From: an uncultured bacterium
Lineage (GTDB): Bacteria > Acidobacteriota > Thermoanaerobaculia > Multivoradales > JAHZIX01
DNA length: 64,000 bases
Reading direction: 5' to 3'
NCBI GenBank assembly: GCA_965368975.1
Contig: CBDUPA010000020.1
Coordinates: forward strand, 50,939 to 114,938
Part shown: piece after piece, positions 38,380 to 51,354 of the stretch
How positions within the stretch are numbered: the first letter of the stretch is position 1
How the letters are laid out: every line of letters starts with the position of its first letter
The notes under the pieces: model-generated
The model's input: only the letters and a program-made list of their open reading frames with translations
What the model was told of the DNA's origin: nothing
The model's database searches: none
Program-made: the position numbers and the translations under genes

Positions 38380-40251
38380 ATGAACGCACCGCGAATAGCA
38401 ACTCGGCACACGGCCCCTTGGCACGGCGCCCTCGCCGGTCTAGCCCTGGCCGTCGTGGCGTTGTTGCCGGCCGTGGCCTTGACCTGGCCCGCTGCCGGCG
38501 CCGATCCGGCGACAACCTCGAGCGATACCAGCGCGGCGGTTCCAGTCGAGGCCTTCGAGCTGGACAACGGCATGAAGTTCCTTGTCGTCCGCAAGCCCGA
38601 ACTGGCCACTGTTTACGGCGGCTGGGTCGCCAAGGTCGGTTCCGCCAACGAACGCCCGGGCATCACCGGTATCAGTCACTTCTTCGAGCACATGATGTTC
38701 AAGGGCTCGCGCACCTTGGGCACCACCAACATCGAGCGCGACCTCGAGATCATCCAAGAACAGGAAGCGCTGCAGGAGAAGATCCGGGCTCAGTACCGCA
38801 TCCAGCGTGAGCGCTGGCGGCGCGGCGAGATCGACGATCCCTTCGATCCCAAGAACCGGACGCCCGAGCTGATCGAGCTACAGGCGCAGTTCGACAAGCT
38901 GGTAGAAGAGCAGGCCGCGTTGATGGTCAAAGACGAGTACGACCGCATCTTCGTCGAGAACGGCGGCGTGCAGAAGAACGCCTTCACCAACGAGGACATG
39001 ACGGTCTACTTCGTTGCCCTGCCGGCGAACAAACTAGAGCTGTGGTTCTGGATGGAGTCGGACCGCCTGGCCGAGCCGGTGTTCCGCGAGTTCTACGCCG
39101 AGCGCGACGTGGTGCACGAAGAGCGCCGCCTGCGCATCGAGTCGACACCCACCGGTGAGTTCGACGAGCAGTTCGACTCTATGTTCTGGCAATCGCACCC
39201 TTACAGCTGGAGCCCAGGCGGCTGGCCGTCCGACCTGCGCAGCTACACTCTGGCGCAGGCTCAGGAGTACTACGACACCTTCTATGCGCCCAACAACTTG
39301 ACCGCCGTGCTGGTCGGCAACTTCGAGATCGCCGAGGTCAAGGCACTGGCCGAGCGCTACTTCGCACGCATTCCGCGTGGCCAGCGGACGGTGCCGGATG
39401 TCGTGACGCTCGAGATGCCGCAGCGCGCCGAGAAGCGCATGGGCGCCGAGTGTGATTGCCAGCCGCAGGTCGAGGTGCGCTACCACGCCGTTCCGTTCCG
39501 TCACAAGGACAGCTACGCGCTGTCCGTCATGGCGGCGGTGCTCAACGGCAACACCGGCCGGCTCTACAAGTCACTGGTGCTGGACCAGGGCATCGCCACG
39601 AACGCCGGCTCGGGTCTCGACGCTCGCAAGTACGCCGGCGCCTTCTCCTTCTATGCTGACGCCAAAGGTGACGCGACGCCAGAGCAGCTGGAGCAGGCCT
39701 GGTACCAGGAGCTGGAGCGTCTGCAGACCGAGCTGGTGCCGGCCGAGGAGCTGCAGAAGGTCAAGAACCAGGTAGCCGCCAGTTCCTTCCGCCGCGTACA
39801 GAACCCCTTCGGCTTGCTGCTGCAGCTGTTGCTGTACGAAGGTTGGGGCGATTGGACTCACCTCAACGACTCCGCCGCCAAGACCATGGAGGTGACCGCC
39901 GAGGACGTCCAGCGCGTGGCCAACGAGTTCTTCGCGTCGCACAACCGCGCGGTGGCGCTCTACTACCGCAAGGCAGGCAGCGAAGCGCCCCCGGAAATTC
40001 CCGGCATGGATACCGTGCCGGACGAGATGCGGCCGATGGTCGAGGCCCAGGTGCGCCAGATCCGCCAGATCAGCGACCCTGACATGCTGCAGACCGCGTT
40101 GAACCAGATGCAGGCTCAGGCTGGTGCCGCACCGCCCGAGGTGCAGCCGATGTTGAAAGTATTGGAGCAGGTGATGCGCCAACGGTTGGAAGAGTTGAGC
40201 GGTGGTGCTGATGCCGAGGCTGCGGCCGCGGAAGAAGGAGGTGAGTCGTGA
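38380..40251 (+). CDS. Secreted M16 zinc peptidase, catalytic subunit
   Basis: Signal peptide, HFFEH (HXXEH), NAFT, ERDVVHEERR, YAPNN. Confidence 0.9.
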   Translation: MNAPRIATRHTAPWHGALAGLALAVVALLPAVALTWPAAGADPATTSSDTSAAVPVEAFELDNGMKFLVVRKPELATVYGGWVAKVGSANERPGITGISHFFEHMMFKGSRTLGTTNIERDLEIIQEQEALQEKIRAQYRIQRERWRRGEIDDPFDPKNRTPELIELQAQFDKLVEEQAALMVKDEYDRIFVENGGVQKNAFTNEDMTVYFVALPANKLELWFWMESDRLAEPVFREFYAERDVVHEERRLRIESTPTGEFDEQFDSMFWQSHPYSWSPGGWPSDLRSYTLAQAQEYYDTFYAPNNLTAVLVGNFEIAEVKALAERYFARIPRGQRTVPDVVTLEMPQRAEKRMGAECDCQPQVEVRYHAVPFRHKDSYALSVMAAVLNGNTGRLYKSLVLDQGIATNAGSGLDARKYAGAFSFYADAKGDATPEQLEQAWYQELERLQTELVPAEELQKVKNQVAASSFRRVQNPFGLLLQLLLYEGWGDWTHLNDSAAKTMEVTAEDVQRVANEFFASHNRAVALYYRKAGSEAPPEIPGMDTVPDEMRPMVEAQVRQIRQISDPDMLQTALNQMQAQAGAAPPEVQPMLKVLEQVMRQRLEELSGGADAEAAAAEEGGES

Positions 40252-41762
40252 AGTCCACTCGTCCGCTACGACTGTCGGCCCTGTTGCTGAGCGTGGCCCT
40301 GGTGCTGCCCTTGGCCGCCGCCGCTGGAGACTTGCCCGCCCACCCCAACGAGCTGGAGTACGGGCCCCTCGACTTCGAAGTCCCGGACGCGCGCCAGTAC
40401 CGGCACACGCTGGACAATGGCATGACCGTCTACATCGTCGAGGATCCCTCGCTGCCACTGGTCGACATGCTGGTGCAGGTACGGGCCGGGGCTTACCTCG
40501 ACCCCAACGCCAAGCCCGGCGTCGCCTCGCTCACCGGTACCCTGCTGCGCCGTGGCGGTACCGCTAACCGGACGGCCGAGGATTTCGACGAGCGCCTCGA
40601 CTTCCTGGCCGTCAACCTGTCGAGCTTCGGCGGTTCCACCACGTCGAGCGTCTTCCTGGATTCGATGAGCCCGGTGCTCGACGAAGCGCTGGCTCTGCTC
40701 TTCGAGATGCTCAAGACCCCCGGCTTCCAGGCGGACCGGCTGGAGGTCGAGAAGAGCAACCGCCTGGAGCGCCTGAAGCAGCGCAACGACCAGCCGGTCT
40801 CCATCGCCAGCCGCGAATGGGATTGGCTGATGTACGGCCGCGGCCACTACGCGGGGCGCAGTCAGACATCCGCTGAGCTGGAGTCGATCGGCCGCGACGA
40901 CCTGCAGGCCTTCCATCGCCAGTACTGGCATCCGCGCAACATGACGATCGCGGTCTCCGGCGATGTCGACACCGAAACGCTGCTGCGGCAACTCGGCGAG
41001 CTGACCGCCGACTGGCCGTATCCCGGCGAGACCTCCGAGTGGCCGCCGCCGGTGCCCGAGCACCAGCCGAAGCCGGGCGTCTACTACGCGCAGAAGGACA
41101 TCCCGCAGGGTCGTGTCTACATCGGTCATCCCACCTTCCAGGTGGACGATTGGAACAACCCGGACCTGCTCCCGCTGCGCGTCATGAACAACGTCCTCGG
41201 CGGTGGCGGTTTCACCTCGCGTATCACCCGCCGGGTGCGTTCGGACGAAGGCCTCGCCTACAGCGCCGGCTCGCAGCTGTCGATCAACTCGATCCGGCCC
41301 GGCATGTTCCGCTTCTCCTTCCAGACCAAGAGTTCGACGGTGGCGTTCGCCTCGCAGATCTGCCTGGAGGAGATGAACCGCATCCGCGACGAGAAAGTGC
41401 CGGCCGACGAGCTGCAAAGCGCCAAGAACGCCCTGCTCGAAGCCTTCCCGCAGCGCTTCGACTCGGCGCAGGGCAAGCTGAGCACCTTCGTCAACGACGA
41501 CTACTACGATCGCGATCCGTCCTACTGGCAGGAATGGCGTGACCGTCTGCGTGCCGTCACGGCGGAAGACGTGCAGCGTGTGGCACGCGAGTACCTGAAG
41601 CCGGACGAACTGACGTTCTTGCTGGTCGGCAACTGGGCCGAAGCCCACGAAGGCGATCCGGAGGGCCGCGCCACCATGCCGGCCCTCTTCCCGGGCGTCG
41701 AGCCGGTGGAGTTGCCGGAGCGCGATCCGCTGACGCTGGAGCCGGTGAAGGCGGCACCATGA
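40248..41762 (+). CDS. Secreted M16 peptidase, non-catalytic subunit
   Basis: Signal peptide, no HXXEH, GGGFTSR..VRSDEGLAY (R/Y motif); 4-nt overlap with partner. Confidence 0.88.
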   Translation: MKSTRPLRLSALLLSVALVLPLAAAAGDLPAHPNELEYGPLDFEVPDARQYRHTLDNGMTVYIVEDPSLPLVDMLVQVRAGAYLDPNAKPGVASLTGTLLRRGGTANRTAEDFDERLDFLAVNLSSFGGSTTSSVFLDSMSPVLDEALALLFEMLKTPGFQADRLEVEKSNRLERLKQRNDQPVSIASREWDWLMYGRGHYAGRSQTSAELESIGRDDLQAFHRQYWHPRNMTIAVSGDVDTETLLRQLGELTADWPYPGETSEWPPPVPEHQPKPGVYYAQKDIPQGRVYIGHPTFQVDDWNNPDLLPLRVMNNVLGGGGFTSRITRRVRSDEGLAYSAGSQLSINSIRPGMFRFSFQTKSSTVAFASQICLEEMNRIRDEKVPADELQSAKNALLEAFPQRFDSAQGKLSTFVNDDYYDRDPSYWQEWRDRLRAVTAEDVQRVAREYLKPDELTFLLVGNWAEAHEGDPEGRATMPALFPGVEPVELPERDPLTLEPVKAAP

Positions 41763-41803
41763 GGTCGGCGCCGTAAAGGAGCGCTGCCGGGCTCCGGGTT
41801 GAA

Positions 41804-41837
41804 CGAAGGGCACCTCCGAGGTCGGGGGTGCCCTTCG
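41804..41837. terminator. Hairpin between convergent genes (possible bidirectional terminator)
   Basis: cgaagggcacc ... ggtgcccttcg 11-bp stem; U-tract weak. Confidence 0.6.
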
Positions 41838-41845
41838 AGTTGGGC

Positions 41846-42424
41846 TCAGCCGCTCTCGTCTTCGCTGTGGAAGCGAAAGCAGTCCGTCGTGTGATCGTCG
41901 ACCATGCCCGTTGCCTGCATGAAGGCGTAGCAGGTCGTCGAGCCGACGAAGCGGAAACCGCGTTTCTTGAGATCCTTGCTCATGCGGTCCGAGTTGTCCG
42001 TCTTGGCGGGCAGGTCGGACAGCTTCTGCCAGGAATTACGGATCGGCTCACCGTTGACGAAACTCCAGATATAAGCGTCGAAGCTGCCGAACTCTTCTTG
42101 CAGGCGCAGCACGGCGGCGGCGTTGTTGATCGTCGACTCGATCTTGCCGCGGTGCCGCACGATGGAAGCGTCCTGCAACAAGCGCTCGACGTCCGTCTCG
42201 GTGAAACGGGCGACCACCACCGGATCGAAGCCTTCGAACAGGCGGCGGTACCCTTCGCGCTTGCGCAGGATGGTGAGCCAGGACAGGCCGGCCTGGGCGC
42301 CTTCGAGCGTGAGCATCTCGAACAGGCGGTGGTCGTCGTGCACGGGGACGCCCCACTCCTGGTCGTGGTACTCCAGGTAGAGGGGGTCGTCCGTCACCCA
42401 GGCGCAGCGGGTCGGTTCAGCCAT
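41846..42424 (-). CDS. tag: DNA-3-methyladenine glycosylase I
   Basis: RCAW, YHDQEWG, LEGAQAGLSW, GFRFVG, MQATGMVDDH...C. Confidence 0.95.
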   Translation of the reverse strand: MAEPTRCAWVTDDPLYLEYHDQEWGVPVHDDHRLFEMLTLEGAQAGLSWLTILRKREGYRRLFEGFDPVVVARFTETDVERLLQDASIVRHRGKIESTINNAAAVLRLQEEFGSFDAYIWSFVNGEPIRNSWQKLSDLPAKTDNSDRMSKDLKKRGFRFVGSTTCYAFMQATGMVDDHTTDCFRFHSEDESG

Positions 42425-42442
42425 CCCGGAATCTCCCTTGGA

Positions 42443-45205
<2,763 letters not shown>

Positions 45206-45308
45206 GAGTAGTGGGCCCCCTATTCGGAATTTCTGTCGTCACGTTCGGATTGTCGATGCCGCGCGCTGTCGTGTCCTGCGCTGCCGTAGCTGGGTCGTGA
45301 TCCTGGCC

Positions 45309-45347
45309 GAAACTGGGTGAGACCGGCTGAGACTGGGTGAGACCGGC
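45309..45347. repeat. 10-bp-period direct repeat (x4) in the acnA divergent intergenic region
   Basis: aactgggtga gaccggctga gactgggtga gaccggc. Confidence 0.75.
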
Positions 45348-45478
45348 AAGGCCGACGGTGCGGGCTTAGGGTACTGTATCTCACGCTCAGGCCGACTCCC
45401 AAGCTCGCGTTTCACCGCTCCCCATTGCGAGTCCCGAATGCTGGTGCAGGAATGCCGGACCCGATACGGAGGGATCTC

Positions 45479-46900
45479 ATGTTTCGATCGATCAAGACCG
45501 CCTTGTTCCCGTGTGTGTTCGTCTGCCTGCTCCTTGCCGGCTGTGACTCGGCTCCCGAGACGGGCTCGGCGGAGACGGACTCAGCTGATGCGCTGGGCCC
45601 GATCGACCCGCGGGCCGCGCGGGCCGCGCTGGTCGAAGCCGTCGAGCCGTTCCAGCAAGAGCGCTGGACCGAGGCCGGCGGGTTTCTGGCCGCGGCGTCG
45701 CGGCACTGGCCGAGCCACCCGGAGGTTCTGTGGTTGCGTGTGCGCGTCGCGGAGCAGCAGGGCGAGACGCTGGTAGCCCTCGACTTGCTGGAGCGTCTGT
45801 GGATGATGCGATTGGCGCTCGGTGCGCGCCTCGATCAGCTCGAGTCGTTGGCCGACGAGCCGCGCTTCCAGGAGCTGCGCGCCCGCTTCGACACCCTGGA
45901 GCAGGTCGCCGAAGGTGCCAGCGTGCCGGCGTTCGAACTGCGTGAGCCGGACCTGATTCCCGAATCTGTCGTCTACGACCCGGTGAGCGACAGCTTCTTC
46001 GTCAGCAGCATTCGCAAACGCAAGATCGTCCGCCGCATGGCGGACGGCACGGAGCAGGACTTCGCGCGCGACCGTGACGGTGATGCGACTCTCTATGCCG
46101 TCTTCGGCCTGGCGGTCGATGCCGAGCGACGCCGCTTGTGGGCGACGACGGGTGGCATCGTCAACATGGAGGACTTTCAACCTGAAGACGACGGCGACTC
46201 GGCCTTGTTGGTTTTCGATCTCGACAGCGGTGTCATGCTGAGGCGCGTCGAGATCGCCGACGAGGCGCAGCATCGCTTCAACGACGTCACCGTGGCCAGC
46301 GACGGCGGCGTGTACGTGTCGGACAACGTGAACCCAGGCAGTGGCGTCTACCACCTGGCGCCAGGTACCGAGGTGCTGCAGCGTCTCGATCCGGGATCGG
46401 TCGATGCTGCCGCCTCTCAGCAGGTCGATTCTCAGCAAGTCGAGTACCTGCGCTCGGCCCAGGGCTTGGTGCTGTCCGCCGACGAGCGGATCCTCTACCT
46501 CGCTGACTACAGCTACGGTCTCCAAGGCTTGGAGCTGACCAGCGGTACCTGGTTCGACGTTGCCGGCCCGGACGACCTTCCCTTGCTCGCCATCGACGGC
46601 CTGGCCCGGCACGGTAACGACCTGATCGCCATCCAGAACGGTCTGCGGCCGCACCGTGTGCTGCGCCTGCGCCTGAGTCCGGACGGCCGCCGCGTGTTGG
46701 CTGGGGAGCGCTTGCAGCTGGGCCATCCGCGCTTCCGCGAACCGACGCTCGGCACGGTTGTTGGAGACCGCTTCGTCTACGTCGCCAACAGCCAGTGGGA
46801 CCGCTTCGATCGCGAGGGACGTCTGGCGCCGCTGGACGAACTGGCGGTCCCGTTGCTGCTGCAGCTGGACCTCGGCGCCGACGGTACACGCACGGACTGA
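45479..46900 (+). CDS. Lipoprotein with TPR-like N-terminus and SMP-30/gluconolactonase-like beta-propeller
   Basis: Lipobox LLAGC; blades PESVVYD, FNDVTV, QGLVLS, IDGL, EPTLG. Confidence 0.75.
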   Translation: MFRSIKTALFPCVFVCLLLAGCDSAPETGSAETDSADALGPIDPRAARAALVEAVEPFQQERWTEAGGFLAAASRHWPSHPEVLWLRVRVAEQQGETLVALDLLERLWMMRLALGARLDQLESLADEPRFQELRARFDTLEQVAEGASVPAFELREPDLIPESVVYDPVSDSFFVSSIRKRKIVRRMADGTEQDFARDRDGDATLYAVFGLAVDAERRRLWATTGGIVNMEDFQPEDDGDSALLVFDLDSGVMLRRVEIADEAQHRFNDVTVASDGGVYVSDNVNPGSGVYHLAPGTEVLQRLDPGSVDAAASQQVDSQQVEYLRSAQGLVLSADERILYLADYSYGLQGLELTSGTWFDVAGPDDLPLLAIDGLARHGNDLIAIQNGLRPHRVLRLRLSPDGRRVLAGERLQLGHPRFREPTLGTVVGDRFVYVANSQWDRFDREGRLAPLDELAVPLLLQLDLGADGTRTD

Positions 46901-47242
46901 CCGCATTGACGGCGCACCGGAAGCAAAGCTTGACCCTTGCCACCGCTGTGCTAGGGTGACAAATAGGGCGTAAAGCCTGATCTGTTCGGCCGACGAGAGC
47001 CGAATGGCCCCCGGGACTCCTGATGGGTTCCGCTCTGACGCTTGGCGTGTGCTGATCCCACCCACCGTGCCCGTATGATTCGCCTCGATTGCCGGTTTCT
47101 TCATCCGGCGAGGCGCTTTCCTTCCCGAACCCCGGAACCCGAGTCCGATCGCACCGAGCAGACCTCTTCCCGCCGAGCAGGCGTGGTGGGATTTGATCCG
47201 AAGCGGAATGTCGATTCCGTTTCCAAATAGAGGAGTGCGGTT

Positions 47243-50200
47243 ATGGCCACCAAAGCCAGTGCCAAGAAGGGCAGGCTGCGCCTGACTCTGCTCGACCCGA
47301 GCGGTCGTCCATTGCAGGACACCGTCACGATCCGGCTCGAGCACCAGGTACTCAGCGACGTCCGGACCGTCCGCAACGTCGATGCTTCGAAGACCATCGT
47401 CATCGAAGCCCTACATCAGGCCCCGCAGGGGCTCTACCTGCTGACGGTCGACCCGAAGCATTTCAGGGCTGCCGGGCAGTTCATCCACATCAAGGCAAGC
47501 GGCGACACGGAAGTCGAACTCACCTTCGGTGGTGTCGAAGCTCGGGCACCCGAAGTGCCGTTGCACGTGCGAGTCACCAACGCTCAACGCCAGACGCTGG
47601 GTGATGCCAAGGTGATCGCGGTGCCGGTCCTGACGGCAGCGATGCCAGGCTCGCCAGCCGCGCAGCCGCAGGTCCTGGTCTTCGACCCTCAGCGCGGTGA
47701 CTACCGGGTCCGCGTCTTCCCGGGCGAGTATCGTCTGCAGGTGGAAGCCGATGGCTTCGAGGCCCAGCAGCGCCCCGTGACGGTCGGCCGCTTGGGGGCC
47801 AAGGAAGTCTTCGTGCTCGGCCGTGAAGGCTTGCCTTTCTACTTCAAGGGCAAGGTGCGCGTGCCCTTCGAGCCCCAGCCGGAGTTCTTGGCCCTGTCTC
47901 TGCGTCCCGGCCTGGACCAGCAGAAGGAGCGCGAGCTCGAAGAGTTTGCGGCCCGCTTGGGCTTGAAGCCCGAGCCGGTCGATGACTTGGTCCGCGACAG
48001 TTTCCTGCGCGTCTTCCGCTTCACCGAAGATGCGAGTGAGTCGAGGCGCATCGACGTTCGCAAACGCCTCGAGGGACATCGCCATGTCCGTCACGCTGGA
48101 CCGCTGGTGGTCTTCGAATCGGGGGCCTTGTCGTTCCTGAGCGAAGATCTGGTGGTTCGTTTCAGCGACGGAATCAGCCGCGGCCAAGCGGTCGAGATCG
48201 CGACAGACCTGGATCTCCAGTTGAAGCGCGAGCTGCCCTACGTACCGAACGGATTCCTGCTGCGTAGCAAGGAGTCCGAGACCTATTCTTCCGAGTTCGG
48301 CGTGCTCGACGCTTGTGCCGACTTGGTGACTCGCGGGTATGTGGAGTATGCCGAGCCCGATCTGGTGGCGGTCGACGGCCGTGATTTCTCGCCGGACGAT
48401 CCGCGCTTCGACGACCAGCCGCATCACCAGGTCATCCATTCCGAAGCGGCCTGGGATGTGACACTCGGCGACCCCGACATCCGGATCGCGGTCTTCGACG
48501 ACGGCTGCGACATCGACCACGAGGATCTGACCAACCCGGCGGTAGCGGGCTGGGACAAGGTCGTCGATGCCTATGACTTCCTGAACCTGGATAGCGATCC
48601 CTACTACGACGCGAGTTCTCACGGTTCGAGATCTACGGGTATCGCCGCTGGTGTCGCGGACAATTCCACTGGTATTGCTGGGGTGGCGCCCGGCTGCCGG
48701 GTGATGCCCGTGCGCATGCCCAGCGGTGGGTTCCTGAGCGAATGGGCGGACGCCTTCATCTGGATGGGTGGGGGTGATCCCGGTCTGGTGACCCCCGCGC
48801 CGCTGGCACACGGGGCCGACGTGATCAGCTGCAGCATCTATCGCTGGGACTGGCCGCTGTCTGGTCTGATGCGCGACGTCTTCGACTACTTGACGACGTA
48901 CGGTCGCGGTGGTCGTGGCTGCGTGGTGGTGTTCAGTGCCGGCAACCAGAACAGTGATGTGGCGACCCAAGAGACTCGAACCTGGGTGTCGTACGCCAAG
49001 ACCCTGGCGGTCGCGGCATCGACGATCAGTCCTCCGGATGCCGACGAGCACAAAGTGAGCACCAGCAACTTTGGTGACGAAATGGATCTGTGCGCGCCGG
49101 CAGGCGGCCCCAACGGCGCGGTGGAGGCGCGTACGCTGTCGACCGGCAATGACGATGCCTATGCGACACATGGGCAAACGTCGTGCGCTTGCCCACAGGT
49201 GGCGGGCACCGCGGCGCTGATGCTGTCGGCGAACCCGGACCTGACCTGGGTCGAGGTGCGGCGCATCCTGCGCCAGACGGCGGTCAAGATCGACACGGCC
49301 AACGTCGATCCGGTGGGGCAGTGGCTCGATGCTGCCGGCGTGCCCACGACCGATCCGGCAGTGGCGCTGTTCAGCCCCTGGTACGGCTACGGCCGCCTGG
49401 ACACCGGGGCTGCTACGGAGGCGGCGGGTGTCGCCGACCATGCCGTCGACATCGTGCTACGCGACACGCTGGGGGACATCGGTATCGTGCCTTCCGCCGG
49501 CGCTTTCTACAACAGCCCGGACATCTGGGTGCGCAATGCCAGTCCGGCGGACGAGGGGGCCCTCGCTCTGCCGGTCAGCTATGACATCCCCGGGCCGCAC
49601 CAGCCGCCGCGGGCGGACCAAGACAACTGGATCTACCTGCGCCTGCGCAACGTCGGTACGGTGGCTTCGGACGACGCCTATCTGCGGGTGTACATCACCC
49701 ATTTCCCGGGTACCGAATTCATCTATCCCGATTCCTTCATCCCGACCAACCCGCCGGGCACTCCGGCAACACCGATCACCGAAGCGGGGACCTATCTGAT
49801 CGCCGAAGTTCCCTACACCGGTCTGGCCGGGGGAGACGACGACATCGTCAGCGTGCGCTGGCCGCGCGAGCTGGTGCCGCCGCAGACCGTGATGGTTGGC
49901 GGCATGTCGGTGAACTGGCATCCGTGCTTGCTCGCCGAAGTGTCGCCGCACGATGGTCCACCGGCCACGGGTGTCCACGTCTGGGACGACAACAACCTGG
50001 CCCAGAAGAACATCTCCATCGTCTATCCGGCGGCTGGAGACGACTTCGCCACGGCCCTGGTCACCGGGCATGCGGCCAATCCGTCACCCTACGTGATCCT
50101 GGAAGTCGACCGCACGCTGGTACCGCGCTCGGTGCAGCTCTACGTCGACTTGATCGACCCGGTGCTCAAACGCCGGCTGCGCAACTTCATCCACGAGAGC

Positions 50201-50590
50201 AAGCCCGAGTACCGGCCACCGGTGAGCGAGATCGTGTTCCTCGAAGAAACACGGATACATCTCGCCGGCCCGGGTCATGGTCCCGGAGGCGTGGTGATGG
50301 ACGTACGTCCGAACACGCGTCTGGAACAGCTCCTGGCGCTGCCGGTGGCGGAAGCTCTGCACTACGATCTCGAGCTACGCCAGCACAAAGGGCGTGAAGT
50401 CGCCTTCTTGGGTGGCCGCCGGACGACCCACGTTCCGGTGCTGCACGGGGAAGGTGGTGTCAGCGCCCTGGTCATCGGTGGTGTCTCGACCCGCAACACG
50501 CCGCGCGGTACTTACCCAGTGCTGCTGCGGCAGCGTGATCCGGCCGGTCGGCTCGCTGGCTCGGCGCAGGTTCACATCGCCGTGCAGTGA
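47243..50590 (+). CDS. Large S8 subtilase with N-terminal beta-sandwich/prodomain and C-terminal accessory domains
   Basis: Triad AVFDDG, SHGSRSTG, GQTSCACPQVAG; oxyanion FSAGN; SD GAGGAG. Confidence 0.88.
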   Translation: MATKASAKKGRLRLTLLDPSGRPLQDTVTIRLEHQVLSDVRTVRNVDASKTIVIEALHQAPQGLYLLTVDPKHFRAAGQFIHIKASGDTEVELTFGGVEARAPEVPLHVRVTNAQRQTLGDAKVIAVPVLTAAMPGSPAAQPQVLVFDPQRGDYRVRVFPGEYRLQVEADGFEAQQRPVTVGRLGAKEVFVLGREGLPFYFKGKVRVPFEPQPEFLALSLRPGLDQQKERELEEFAARLGLKPEPVDDLVRDSFLRVFRFTEDASESRRIDVRKRLEGHRHVRHAGPLVVFESGALSFLSEDLVVRFSDGISRGQAVEIATDLDLQLKRELPYVPNGFLLRSKESETYSSEFGVLDACADLVTRGYVEYAEPDLVAVDGRDFSPDDPRFDDQPHHQVIHSEAAWDVTLGDPDIRIAVFDDGCDIDHEDLTNPAVAGWDKVVDAYDFLNLDSDPYYDASSHGSRSTGIAAGVADNSTGIAGVAPGCRVMPVRMPSGGFLSEWADAFIWMGGGDPGLVTPAPLAHGADVISCSIYRWDWPLSGLMRDVFDYLTTYGRGGRGCVVVFSAGNQNSDVATQETRTWVSYAKTLAVAASTISPPDADEHKVSTSNFGDEMDLCAPAGGPNGAVEARTLSTGNDDAYATHGQTSCACPQVAGTAALMLSANPDLTWVEVRRILRQTAVKIDTANVDPVGQWLDAAGVPTTDPAVALFSPWYGYGRLDTGAATEAAGVADHAVDIVLRDTLGDIGIVPSAGAFYNSPDIWVRNASPADEGALALPVSYDIPGPHQPPRADQDNWIYLRLRNVGTVASDDAYLRVYITHFPGTEFIYPDSFIPTNPPGTPATPITEAGTYLIAEVPYTGLAGGDDDIVSVRWPRELVPPQTVMVGGMSVNWHPCLLAEVSPHDGPPATGVHVWDDNNLAQKNISIVYPAAGDDFATALVTGHAANPSPYVILEVDRTLVPRSVQLYVDLIDPVLKRRLRNFIHESKPEYRPPVSEIVFLEETRIHLAGPGHGPGGVVMDVRPNTRLEQLLALPVAEALHYDLELRQHKGREVAFLGGRRTTHVPVLHGEGGVSALVIGGVSTRNTPRGTYPVLLRQRDPAGRLAGSAQVHIAVQ

Positions 50591-50679
50591 CCGCCCCGCG
50601 GTCGCAGTCCGCGTCACTCCGCTTCCGTCGTCGAGGGCGAATTCGCCTTCGCGGCGGGGGCGGGATATGATCAGGTTCG

Positions 50680-51315
50680 ATGTCCCAGAACGATCCCCCC
50701 CGAGACGGTCCGGAGGACTTCGCTCGCAGCTCGTCCCTGGGTAGTGAGCTGCAAGCGCCGACGCTCCTCGTGGCCATGCCACAGGTTCTCGATCCCTACT
50801 TCCACCACAGCGTCGTCTTGCTGCTCAGCCACGGCGAGGATGGCAGCCTGGGATTCATCGTCAACCGGCCGACGACGATCCGCATTGCTGAAATCCTGCA
50901 AGGGATGAACGTGGGCTGGCACGGTCCGCGCGATGCTCTGGCCTACTTCGGTGGTCCGGTGCAGCCGCAACTGGGTTCAGTCCTGTGCGGCGGTGCGCTG
51001 GGCGAGATGCCGGAAGATCACCAGGGCATGGAGGTCGGCAAGGATCTGCTGATCACGCAGCACATCGGCGACCTGGAGTCCCTGGCCGCCGAGCCGCCAG
51101 AGAACTTCCGGCTGTTCCTGGGCTATGCCGGCTGGGGCGAAGAGCAGCTCGAGGCCGAGATTCTGCGCAACGACTGGCTGACGGTGCCGGTGTTGCCCGA
51201 ACTGATCTTCGCCGCCGATACAGCGACGGTGTGGGAAGAAGCGATGCGCTCGGTGGGCGTCGATCCGTCGTCGCTATCCTGGGCCGCTGCGAGTGGATCT
51301 CAAAGTGCCAATTGA
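50680..51315 (+). CDS. YqgE/AlgH family protein
   Basis: LLVAMP..DPYFHHSVV, GFIVNRP, GGPV, FLGYAGW...QLEAE..RNDW. Confidence 0.92.
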   Translation: MSQNDPPRDGPEDFARSSSLGSELQAPTLLVAMPQVLDPYFHHSVVLLLSHGEDGSLGFIVNRPTTIRIAEILQGMNVGWHGPRDALAYFGGPVQPQLGSVLCGGALGEMPEDHQGMEVGKDLLITQHIGDLESLAAEPPENFRLFLGYAGWGEEQLEAEILRNDWLTVPVLPELIFAADTATVWEEAMRSVGVDPSSLSWAAASGSQSAN

Positions 51316-51354
51316 TTTCACAGTGCCAACTGAGTAGGGAGAAGGAACCGAAGC

